The notes beneath the pieces are model-generated. The model did not search any database. It worked only from the letters and a program-made list of their open reading frames with translations, and had not been told where the DNA came from. A stretch of 64,000 nt of DNA from Auanema rhodensis (lineage: Eukaryota; Animalia; Nematoda): assembly GCA_964057225.1 (NCBI GenBank), contig OZ059896.1, positions 6,634,001-6,698,000 of the forward strand, read 5' to 3'. Below, in pieces: positions 14,689-26,294 of the stretch. Within the stretch, counting starts at the first letter, position 1. Each line of letters begins with the position of its first letter. Position numbers and translations under genes: made by a program.

Positions 14689-15932
14689 CCTTTCTCTCTT
14701 TCAAAAACCAAAATACGTCAAAAGTTCAAATACATAAATATAAATGTATATGTATGTACATATGAACTTTCATTAAAGAAATGATAACTAAAGAGATAAA
14801 CGCTTTTAAAAATGAAATGTACCTATAGTTTGGATGTTTTCCGTGTCATTAGTTGTTGTTTGGTGACAAAAATTCGAACTAGTAACCATTTGTTTTACAT
14901 TCTGGCTTTCAAGCGACTGAAAACCGATAGTTCATCAATGGATGGGAAACAAAATTACCGCAGCAGATTTACGACGACCCCTATGAACTCGAAGTGCTAT
15001 TCCATCCGTGTAATTCACTTTTTTGGAACTGTTATTAAGAGATACTTGATTGAAGATTGATACATTCAAAATAATCTTAAAACAATCTGAATATCAATCT
15101 TATATTCTTGATAAATTTACCATTATAACTGCTGGAATAATAAATGATACTGAAGCAGAAAACAAAATATAAACAGACGGCAGTTCCACTGGGGAACATT
15201 CCGTTTTTGGTGAATCTGCTAGTGTTTCCAGAATAAATAAAACGGATGCTAACAGAAGTGGAATAGACCACGCTAGAAATATCAATAAGCGAATAACTCT
15301 GAAAGTGTAATAGATTTTTTGGTTTAGATGAAGCATTAATTTTCTATATTTCTCTTAAAAAAATTTTTTTTTGAAGAAATTGATTTTTTATATTTTTGTT
15401 TCAGTACTTGTATACTTTAACAATTCAACAATTTACAATATTTGATTGGCATATAAGCCTTTAACTCATTGAAAAACAAAATTAATTTTAATTGGTGTTA
15501 CTTACCGTGTAGATGATATGCTTGGGTATCGAATAGGTTGTTTAACAGCCATGTACCTATCAAAGCTTATAGCCAATAGACTATAAATAGATGATGTTGA
15601 TAGCCAAACATCTAATGAAAGCCAGAATCGACATCCTAATTCACCGAAGAGCCATTCATGACGGTCTTCCTTAAAAGCGCAAGTGAACTATTATAAAAGG
15701 AAAGAAAATTTATATAATTCCAACGAACATTACCAACCTGAACAATCGCAAAAGGAATTATGAGAATTCCAAGCAACAAATCACTAACAGTCAAAGACAA
15801 TATTAATGAATTTGTCGGAGTATGTAATGATTTTTGGCTGACTAATATATATAAAACAACAATATTACCAGCTATGATAATAAAGTCAACCAGAAGCATC
15901 AAAATACTTACATAAGAATTTATAAACGCCAT
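13644..15932 (-). CDS. ser-6: Biogenic amine (octopamine-type) class A GPCR, SER-6-like
   Basis: TM1 GN, TM2 SLTVSDLLLG, TM3 LDVWLSTSSIYSLLAISFDRY (amine-binding Asp), TM5 YILFSASVSFIIP, TM6 FIISWFPFF, TM7 WLGYSNSAINPLLY. The very short N-terminus and LRVHR in ICL3 resemble my recollection of C. elegans SER-6. The family is secure; the symbol is less so. Confidence 0.8.
14627..14685. repeat. (CT)n microsatellite in a GPCR intron
   Basis: Uninterrupted CT dinucleotide run of about 58 bp. Confidence 0.95.
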
Positions 15933-18900
15933 ATTTATTTTTAAAAACTGAAAAAAAAATCTATAAAAGAGAAAAAAATCTATATACATGAATGCATAGA
16001 TATAACAACTGATTTTTGATTAATAAATATTTCACGAAGCAAAATTAAAACAAAAGTTCGCTAGACGATAAACCTAACAAAATCGAAGTGAATTAACTGT
16101 GCTAATTAGAAATATTTGACATTTCTCAGAAGTAGCATACACATACTTTATTAAGCTTTTACTTTTACACGAACAAGAGGTCATTATCAAGACTTTTTTT
16201 CCTAAAATGAAGAAAGCGAGAAAAAAACGTTTAGAAGATAAATGTGAAGCATTTTTGCATTTCTTTTCTCATTTTTTTATCAAAGAATTTATAAGAATTT
16301 CAATCTAACCCACTCTTGCTCACTTTATCGCACAAACCACTCAATCTATTTCTATTCTTAGTATGTGAACAAGTAAAATTTCAAAACTGAATAGCAAACC
16401 GTTGAATTCTGAATATCCTCTCATGATTCAAAAAAAAAAAGAAATTGTTTTTCATTTGATGCATCGCCAAATACGAATATAAACATTAAAGAGTTAAAAA
16501 GCGGATTTAGCAGGATTCTTCATTGTCATATTGAATTCAAACTAAAAAATAACAATATATGTACGATGTGACAATTGAATGCTTATTAAACCTGCTAAGA
16601 ATAAAATTATAATCAAAAATTTAATCAAAATCAAAGGGAATTGATATGCAAAGTTTATTTTCATAGAGATGAAACACAATGTGCATAAAAGTTTGAGGAT
16701 ATTTTGAGAAAAATAACTGCGTTACCATCATTTCTTTCATTGTTTCTTTTTTTTTTCATTCTCTCTATATATATCTCCCTCTCTGTTTCTTTTCTTTTTA
16801 ATATTTTTTTTCTATATTACTTGTTCTTCTCTTTTTTTCTTTTCGTTCACTAGTTAGATCTAATAAGAAAATTCAAAATTAAAAGATATTGACTGAAAGA
16901 AGTACAGGAAAAAAAAGCAGAAAAAAAAATTCAAATCGTAAACACGACAAATAATGAGAAAGTTAAGTGGAATTGCCTTCAACTCCAACAAAAAAAAAAT
17001 ACTTTCCGTTGGAAAAAAAAATCTAGCTGTGCTGTCTTTGGGCCTTTTGTGTGTTGGAAGGTTTGATAGTAAAATCAATTCATTATATTATATAATTTTG
17101 AACTAAGATTGGCACATTGTTCAAGAAAGCATATTACGATTCCAAATTTGTAATCATCCTATAATGAAAATCAAATCGGTCATTGTTACAAATATAAAAA
17201 TTCAAAAAAGATTTGAACAAACAGGAAGAAAAATTAGCTGCTTCATTCATAAGATAAGAAAAGGAGATGGAAAAAATGAAGCAAGCGACAGAAAAAGTCT
17301 GGAAAACTGAAGAAGTAAAGGCAAGAGCCATTAAGTTTCATCAATGCAAATTAAGGGCACGTTTATAGAAGTTATTCAAAGGGTTCTGAAGAATTCCGAT
17401 ATAAATATTTTTTTTTAATTCTACCTTATTGCTACAAATTGTTATTTTAAAACAATATGTTGATGAATTAGAGTTATTATTAAGTTGGTTATACACTTAT
17501 TCAAAAGGAAAAAAGCAATTAAAAGTTCAAAATTATCAATAAGAACAATTATATTTTCAAGAAAAAGTTTTAGGAAAAATAGCGTTTCATAGTTAAATGA
17601 ATAAAATTTGATAATAAATAAACGGAGTACAATGATGCTCATGAATAATAAAGTTAATTCAGATTTATTAACTAAAGATTTCAATAAGAAAAGGTGAGAA
17701 AACAAATAATCGATTTGATAGAAAAACAAATATTGAAATGAATATTAAAATGATAATTTATCAAGAAATAGGGTCTTTGGTATAGATTATAATAGGTTGA
17801 AATGGGAGAGTATTATAACAAAAACATGAAAACATAAGATTAAATTCAGAAATATCTGTATAACTTGAACAAATTAAACATTGAAAAAAAGTGTAAGAAG
17901 GAAGAAAGAAGATTCAGTTCAAGCAGATGATGACAACGTCTTCTCGACATTCTACAATGAACACAAAGAATGAGTTAGGGGATAAAATAGAAGGAAGCCT
18001 AGCCAAGCCGGAAATAGCCATTCTAGTCGAGTTTTAAGAACAGCTTTATTTTATGAGAGTATTCAATGCTAAAGCGAGAAAAACGTTCAATTCTATAGTA
18101 ACTTTTTTGGATAAAGTGATTTTTTTCATTTATTGAATTGACCTGTTTTGAAAAGTCCATTGCTTTTCAAAATCACGCAGAAAATGGATAAGGGAAGAAG
18201 CAGCGAGTTGAAATACTCAACAAATAAACATATTAGTAAGATTCTTGCTGCTTGCCGAAGATATTTTTTAGTTGATGGTATCAAAAGTTTGAAAACTAAA
18301 AATAAATAGAAATTTTTTGCGAATTACCAAAGATCATTGGATGTTTCCTTGCAAGAACATCAAAGAGAGTGAGAAAAACTGCTTTAAAAGATTGTTCATG
18401 AACATCATTAAATATATGATGAAAGAAAAATAGAAATATATTGAAAACAAATTGAGCACATGGTTACAAATGTTATAAAAGAACATTACAAGCCAATAGT
18501 TTAGAAGAGTTTTGACAAGTTGATGTTGTTAGTATTGATATAACATTGACAGATGAACTATGTTAGGTCAGAAACACAGCAAAGTAAAAATAAATTTGAA
18601 ACATCAAATGATTATAAAGAGTTGAAACTATATTAATAAATGTTGTTTCTTTTGAATTAGTTCAAGTCGCAAATGAACTTGAAATTTGTTCAATTTATTC
18701 TTCTAGTTTTCAATAGGTTCTTCATATATTTATGTACATCTTATGTTGCTTTCAAGTTCGATTGATTATAAAATCAAAGATGTATAACTGAAGATGTGTT
18801 TAATAAGCTTGTTTTAGAACATTGAAGCAATTAAAATATTTTTCTCAAATATAGTGAAGGTAGATAGTAGAATAGTAGTAATAATATTAATATATTATAT

Positions 18901-21268
18901 GCACGCTAATAAGTATTTTTCTCTCAGCTTTATGAGATCATTTCAATCTTATGGCATGTCGTCTCTGGAGAGAAACAATTGGGGGTGGAACTGAGCACAG
19001 AGCGAGCAAACATTTTTTTGAAACTTATAAACTAATTGATTAGTTAGAATTTAAGAGATTCTATTTTGAGCAATGAAATAAATATTTTCGCAGGATTTTC
19101 AAATTATGCTCCAAAATATGGTAAAAACTTCAGACTCCACAAACAAACGAATCGGCCCTCAAGATTTGTTTCAGCTTTTTTTATGAATGCGAAGGATGTA
19201 TATATATTCGAGAGTTAAAACACAGATTTAAATAACAAAATGCCAGAAGAAGCGTTATTATCACGAGCATGTCACCCACATTATTTCTGATCTTTGGTAA
19301 AATCTAAGATACAAGAATCTAGAAAACAGATATCAAAGATATGAACAAATACTTGGGATAAATGGATATTTCATGGTATATTTGTGTCAAAATAACCTTT
19401 TTTAGTATTACTAGGGTCTAGCTTTTTTTTTAAAGAAATTAGTAAGATTCCTTTAAAATTAATAAACAGCTCAGATTCAATTATTCGAACGAAATTGACG
19501 AAAAATCTAATTTTAACTCATTTATTTGATCGCTTAGGTAATTAAATAAGCGAATAAATGCAGTTCCTCGTTGGATGAGTAAGATCTCAATTTCCTCAAT
19601 TTCTTATTTCTATTACAACAAAGGAAGATGTTCTTTCTCATGTAGCAAAGGCTAATTATGAGTGAATAGAGCTAGATATTGCATATACATACATATGTAC
19701 ATATATATATATTCAACTTTGTTTAGTTACTAACATACATATATGTTTAAGCGTATAATTCGTCACATGAATGTATGTCTGGATATATAAGTTTGAAATC
19801 TCAAGTATTTTTCCAATGGTTTTCCGCAAAACATGAATCTCTAATATTCCACAGATCTAAGTTCTAAGGAAACTGTTTCAAAACTCGAAGCAAGAGTATT
19901 AGGTGTATACAAACTTCTTAATAGTTTCGAAATGTTTGCTTTTACGAAGCTATTTTAGAAGTAAAAACAATTTAAGGTAGATAGTCTAATGGCTTCAGAT
20001 ATTGCTTAAAATTAACAAAAAATTGTGAAACTTTCTACAGCTGAAGAATCACGCTAAAATAATTATGTTCTCAATTGCATAGAAGTATTTTAGCTAGTGA
20101 AGACTAAACATTTTTCGTTTGTTCAAAAAAAATGTAAGACGTTACTCAAAACATATTTAAAAGGCCTTGGACAACTTCAAACTCTATACAAACGTAAAAA
20201 AAGATTTTGTTAGATAAAAATCGATGTAGGATGAATGTTGGTTCACAATAACTTGATTTTATCAAAATTATCGCAACCTAATGATTACAACTCTAGTTTC
20301 AGAGAAGAAATTGAATATACCAATGAATCTCAATCAGTAGATATACTTGTATGTCTTCAGCGAGGTACTCACTCACTAGACTTCGAAATTTCAATATGTG
20401 CATGAGTAAGGTAATAACAATAATACTAAAATTGGATGTCATATCCGAAGAGAATCATTATAATTTTATCCGATTATCTGATTTTCAATCAACCGCATCA
20501 CATGAATTACTTTATTAACGCCTCATGTTTTAATGGAAGCCAATTCACTATGAATAATCTAACATATATTGTGCAAATATTATTATATTATTGTTTATAG
20601 AATAATTTATTACTATTTTAAAAAATGTTATAAGAAAAAATAAATTAAAATATCCATATAAAGAACGGATAATTTTTTTCAAGCAATTGCTATATCTTTT
20701 TTTGCTTAGATTTCGTTACATTATTATATTTGTTGTATTTTTCGCACAGAAACCCTATGATGAGCAAGACGAAATTATTTTATAAAAAAATAGTATTTAT
20801 AACTCCATTCCGCGACTACGGTATCCTTTTTCATGCACTATGTCACACTTATATGAAACGTCATTCTTACACGTAATTAACTTTTTTATTTCGCAATCGA
20901 AAAAACTCAGAGTTAAGTATAACAAAAGTTCAGCAGCATGATCTTTATAATTTTATTTATATATTAATTTAAGATAATACGAGTAAATATCATTATAGTA
21001 ACGTGTTTCACAAAACTAAAAATTAATTGGTCCCGCCACGACAACCTTGATATTTATAAACTGCCTCGGTATTTTATTCAGTGACATGGAACTTGATTCA
21101 TATCCAACTTCCAATGTAATGAGTGATTACAGTAATTTTATGCTTTTCCTTTTTTGGCTTCAAACCATTAGCATATTGTTCAATAATATCTTTGCTTGCT
21201 AGTTCAGCATGTTTCCATTTTTTATATGATTAGTTTAAGATTTGATAAAGAAAAGTCGGTGCAGCACA

Positions 21269-24200
21269 ATGTCGTATGCACCGAACTTTCCTTCTGCAGT
21301 TCCACCTGCAGTTCCTCAAAATGGTTATTATAGTAAGACAACTTTTTTTTTGTTTCACATGTTTTTTTTTATCAGATCAGCCACCAATGAACGCTAATAA
21401 CAGTACTCAACAATCCAATTCTAACAATTACAGTCAAAATAAGCCTGGTGAGAATAGACATTTCTGCCCGTATATGTTGCTAGTTTTATAGGTCCACCTC
21501 AAATGCCAGGACAATATCCTCAACCGGGGGCTTTTGCACATCCTGGAGCTAATAACATTCCAAATTCTGGAGTTCCCGCACCAGGCCAACCTCAGACACA
21601 GCAAGGCCAAACGCAAGCTCCACATTTTCAACACCAGCCTGGATTCCCTCCGGCTACTCAACAGACTTCAGCCAGGCAGACACCAGCATCACAACCTCAC
21701 CCAGCTCAACCTGGTCTTTCACAGCAAACTCCTCAGCCTGGATTTCCTCAACAGACTAATGCACAAGCAGGATTCCCACCTCAATTGTCTCAGCAAGTGT
21801 ACCCTCAACAAAGTGCTCCAGGTGGACTTCCAGCTCAACCTCCAGCAACGCAACCTGGAATTCATCCACAGTCTCAATCTGGCCAACCTGGAATCCCTGT
21901 AAAGTCTCAGACACCCCAGCCTGGATTCCCACAGCATTCTCAAACATCTCAACCTGGGTTTCCTCAACAGTCTCAAACATCTCAACCTGGCTATGCCCAA
22001 CAATCACAAGCACCTCAAGCAGGATTTCCCCCACATGCGCAAGGCCCACAAGCTGGGTTTTCTCAACAAGCGCCCAAGCCAGGGTTTCCTCAACAAGCAC
22101 CAGGTGGCCAACCACAGTACCCCGGCATGCCTCCTCAGGTTTAACAGTGTTTTTTTAAATTTTTAAATTTTTTTTTAGCAATTCCCTCAAGTTGCTGGAG
22201 CAGCGCAAGCGCCTCAGCCTGGCGGATTTCCTCCTATGCCTTCATTTCCTGGTGCAGCTCCTGCACAAGGTTTTCCCCAACCTGGTGGTCCTCAGCAAGG
22301 AATGCCAACCATGCCAGGTATATTATCTTTGTTTTTCGTGTTCAAATTAAATAGTTTCAGGAGGTATGCCTCAACCTGGTTTTGCACCTGGTCCTCCAGG
22401 TATGCCTGGAGCCCCTGGAATGCCTGGAGCCCCTGGAATGCCTGGAGCCCCTGGAATGCCTGGAGCCCCTGGAATGCCTGGAGCTCCTGGAATGCCTGGA
22501 GCCCCTGTAATGCCTGGTGGTCCTGGAATGCCTGGAGGTCCCGGAATGCCTGGAGGATATCCTAATGCTCCTCAGAGACAGAGATTGGATCCAAACATGA
22601 TGCCTAGCGCAGTAAACAATGAATTTTAAGCCAACAAAACTTCTAATTTCTTAGGTATCCGTGATGGAAGATGATGCGGTGCGAGCTGGTATTTTCCCAA
22701 CAGGATATCCATTCGCTGAGCCTCCTCCACTTGTTTCAACAACTATCTTTGCACAAGATCAAGGTATTAATAGTTTTATTTGACTGCCACATCATGCTTT
22801 ATAGGTAACTGCAACCCTCGATACATGAGATCGTCGTTGTATGTAGCACCTGCTAATAACGATCTGCTAAAAACTTCTCAGATACCCTTTGCTGTTGCAT
22901 GCTCTCCATTCGCAAAGCTTCATCCAAATGAGGTTTGCAGACTAAGAATATTTTTTCTTTACCGTACAAACTTAGCAACCTCCTCCTGTAATTGACCTTG
23001 GTCTTGGTGGCCCTGTTCGTTGCCAAAGATGTAAAGCATATATTTGTCCATTCATGGAATTCCAGGATGGCGGAAGACGATTCCGTTGTCCATTCTGTAA
23101 CGCTAGCACTCCAGGTAAACAATAATAATTAACTATATTTAACTGTTTATTTTTTTAAGTTGAGGATGTATACTTTGCTCATTTGGATCATACCGGACGT
23201 AGAACAGATATTGAACACAGACCAGAACTTTATTTAGGTGCCTATGAATTTGTTGCAACTAAGCAATACTGCAAGGTAATTACAGCAAGTTTATTTCAAT
23301 ATACTTAACTATGTTGTTAGAATGGACTTCCACCCAAGGAACCTGCTTTTATTTTCATGATTGATGTGTCATACAATTCTATGCAAAATGGAATGGTTCA
23401 AGTATTATGCTCAAATTTGGAAAAATGTCTTAAAGATTTACCGAGGTACTTGTGGACAAACTGTTTGAATAGTTTAGTTGTTTCTTTAAAGAGAGCTCAA
23501 TCAGCCAGAGTCTAGTATTCGTATTGGGCTAGCTACTTTCGATCAAGCTGTTCACTTTTATGATCTTTCTTCTGCTAAGCCGAATATGCTTGTTGTTGGT
23601 ATGTTTTTACTATCAAGAAGTTAAACAAAATTTCCTTTCTAGGCGATGTAGGTGAAATGTTTGTTCCAATTGTTGACGGTCTTTTGTTGCCTTATAATGA
23701 AGCTATAGTTGGAATTAGAGCTGTTCTTGCCGAAATACCTAAGTTATTTGCAACAAGCAAAGGCACAGAGACAATATTAGGACCTGTGGTTCATGCTGGT
23801 TTAGATGCATTAAAGGTGATATTATAATGTGTTTTCTAAATTTTATTGTTTATTCAGTGTGCCGATCGTGCAGGAAAATTGTTCATTTTTACCAGTGCTC
23901 TACCCACATTAGAAGCTCCGGGTAAATTAAAAACTAAGAATGACAGACCACTTCTGGGAACCGATAAGGAAAAGGTTTTTTCATTTTGAATTACTTAGTA
24001 TCATGTAATTGTTTTTAAGACTGCTCTTTCTCCTCAAGTAGATTTCTACACCAAAACAGCTGAACAATGTGTTAAGGTATAATATCGCTTTCAAATATTT
24101 TACAAATTTCATTCGCTAGGCTGGAGTAACCATTGATTTATTCGTTTTCCCAAATGCATTCATTGATATTGCCACAATCGGTCAGCTTACAGCTGTTACG

Positions 24201-25875
24201 GGTGGTTCGCTTTATAAATATCAGTATTTCACTGTGAGTTGGTTTTGCTGATTTATCGTATTCATGCTATGCGTTCAGCCGGATAAGGATGCCTCTAGAT
24301 TCCTCAGTGATCTTCATCATGATATTTCGAGAAAAATTGGGTTCGATTGCATGGTTCGTATTAGATCTAGCGCAGGTATGGATATGAACTAGTCTCTTTT
24401 AAATTGAATTTTTCTCTGCTAGGTATTCGCCCAGTTTCTTTCACTGGTTCTTTCTTTATGGAGAACTCAACAGATTTGGAAATTGCATCTCTTGATCAAG
24501 ACAAGGTTTTTATTATTATTTAATATTTCAATTTGTTAAATATTGTTATTTAAGACTTTCTTCGCCGAAATTAAGCACGATGATAAGTTATCAGATCAAG
24601 CTGCTATTATCCAATGCGCTGTATTATATACTTCATGCAGTGGGCAACGAAGACTTCGTATTCTCAATCTGTGCCTACCTGTATCCTCTGATTATGATCA
24701 GCTCTTTAAGGTTGCAGATCACAACACTCTTGTTACATATCTTTTCAAACAAGGTTTTTCTTTCTTTTTTCTTTTTTTTCTTTTTTGCAAACTATTCATT
24801 ATTTTAGCTGTACAAATTAATCGCGAAAAGGGTATTAAGGAAGTTCGGGAAGCAATGCCATCACGAGCAGCACAAATTTTGGCTATTTACAGGTCTTTAT
24901 ACTGTATTTTGTCGTAATCGAATGTTATTTTTTTCAGAGAAAAGTGTAGTGGAAATCCTCCATTAGGACAATTGATTCTTCCAGAAGCTCTTAAGCTTCT
25001 TCCATTATTTGTTAACTCTATGTTAAAAAATGATGCTGTCAGTGGAGGTCAGGGTTCTTACTTTTAGAATAACCTCGATGTTGCTTTACAGGTAGCGAAC
25101 TTACTGTGGATGATAAGGCCTGGATGATCGAACTAATACGCTCATTGGGAATTTCAGACTGTATGCGTATCCTGTATCCTAAGTTAGTTTTGTTTTCAGT
25201 TTTTCTTTTTAACTAGTTCTTAATGTATGCATATCGAATGTTTATTTATTCATAATTTCTTTGTTATGATGATTATTTTTATGTTGTTACAGAGTTGTAG
25301 CTGTATCTACTATAGAAATTCAAGAACCTTCTGATTTCATTGAACTTCCATCAGCTATTCGCGCTAGTATGGACTACTTATCTAATGATAAAGTAATATT
25401 TGTCTATTTTTATTTTTTCCATTCATTACTTGATTGTAGGCATATCTCATCGATAACGGTATTGCCTTGTTCTTGTGGATTGGCTTAGGTGTCTCAGAGG
25501 AATGGGTCAGAGATTGTTTTGGAGCTAGCTCAGTTACTCATATGGACACTGAAACTGTATTTTTTTCTGAATTTCGTATATAATATTTTAATTTAGCATG
25601 TTATTCCTGAAAAAGACAATGCGAAATCTAGAGGGCTTCGCAAGGCCATTCAGCTTCTTGAACTTGAGGGATCTAGAACTAGAAAATTCTTCATTATCAG
25701 AGAAAAAGATGCTCTTGAACCATGGATGAAAAAATTCTTAGTTGAGGTATAAATTATGGCCTGTGAACTCTCACCTATTCTTCCCTCTTTTCAGGATAAG
25801 TCTTGTCCAAATTCCATGTCCTACGTTGACTTCCTTTGTCATCTACACAGAGAAATTCGGAACGTTCTGTCTTAA
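21269..25875 (+). CDS. sec-24.1: COPII coat subunit SEC24C/D
   Basis: Long P/Q/G-rich N-terminus, then [22 protein letters not shown], zinc finger [15 protein letters not shown]...FRCPFC, trunk [22 protein letters not shown] and C-terminal [18 protein letters not shown]. Confidence 0.95.
22395..22557 (+). repeat. 18-bp coding minisatellite (CCTGGAATGCCTGGAGCC)n encoding (PGMPGA/G)n
   Basis: About nine tandem units, several identical at DNA level, in the sec-24.1 N-terminal region. Confidence 0.9.
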
Positions 25876-26192
25876 TTTATTTATTTTTATTATTTATTGA
25901 TCGTACAGAGCAACTAATCAGATTTTATATCTTCCTTAACGTTCAAATTCATATTGTATTAGAGTTTTATTTAAGTTTAACAAGTATTGTATAAGTCTAG
26001 CCGCAAAAACTTCGAATTCTTTGGGTGGAATTCCAAAGTCAATGTGCATTAATTTATCTGATTTCTGTGATGCTCTATAATGTCGTTAGTTTTCAAATAG
26101 CCTGTTTTCATAGGGGACTACTATTACAACTTTGGTGGAGAGTATTCCTTTTATTATCGCTGGTCAATTGTTTTTATGGTTTCTTTAAATTA

Positions 26193-26293
26193 ATGAATTA
26201 ATTTATTTTCAACTTTGAAATACTTGTGTCGTTTTGTCGGCAGATTATTGTTTCTAATTGATGCGTAATACTCAACATCGTAAGATTTTTCAG
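26193..26293 (+). promoter_or_regulatory. Operon-type intercistronic region: poly(A) signal, U-rich element and trans-splice acceptor
   Basis: AATGAA at 26193-26198, TACTT (UAYYU) at 26221-26225 in a U-rich tract, and TTTCAG ending at 26293, 1 nt before the pold-2 ATG. Spacing is about 100 nt. Confidence 0.6.
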
Positions 26294-26294
26294 A

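Noticed and set aside
22395-22557. Regular repeat as a CRISPR-like array
   Set aside because: Tandem units without spacers, in frame within a eukaryotic exon.
21434-22565. Overlapping antisense and alternate-frame ORFs (RLRCLR, WSPWNA repeats)
   Set aside because: Shadows of the repetitive sec-24.1 coding sequence.
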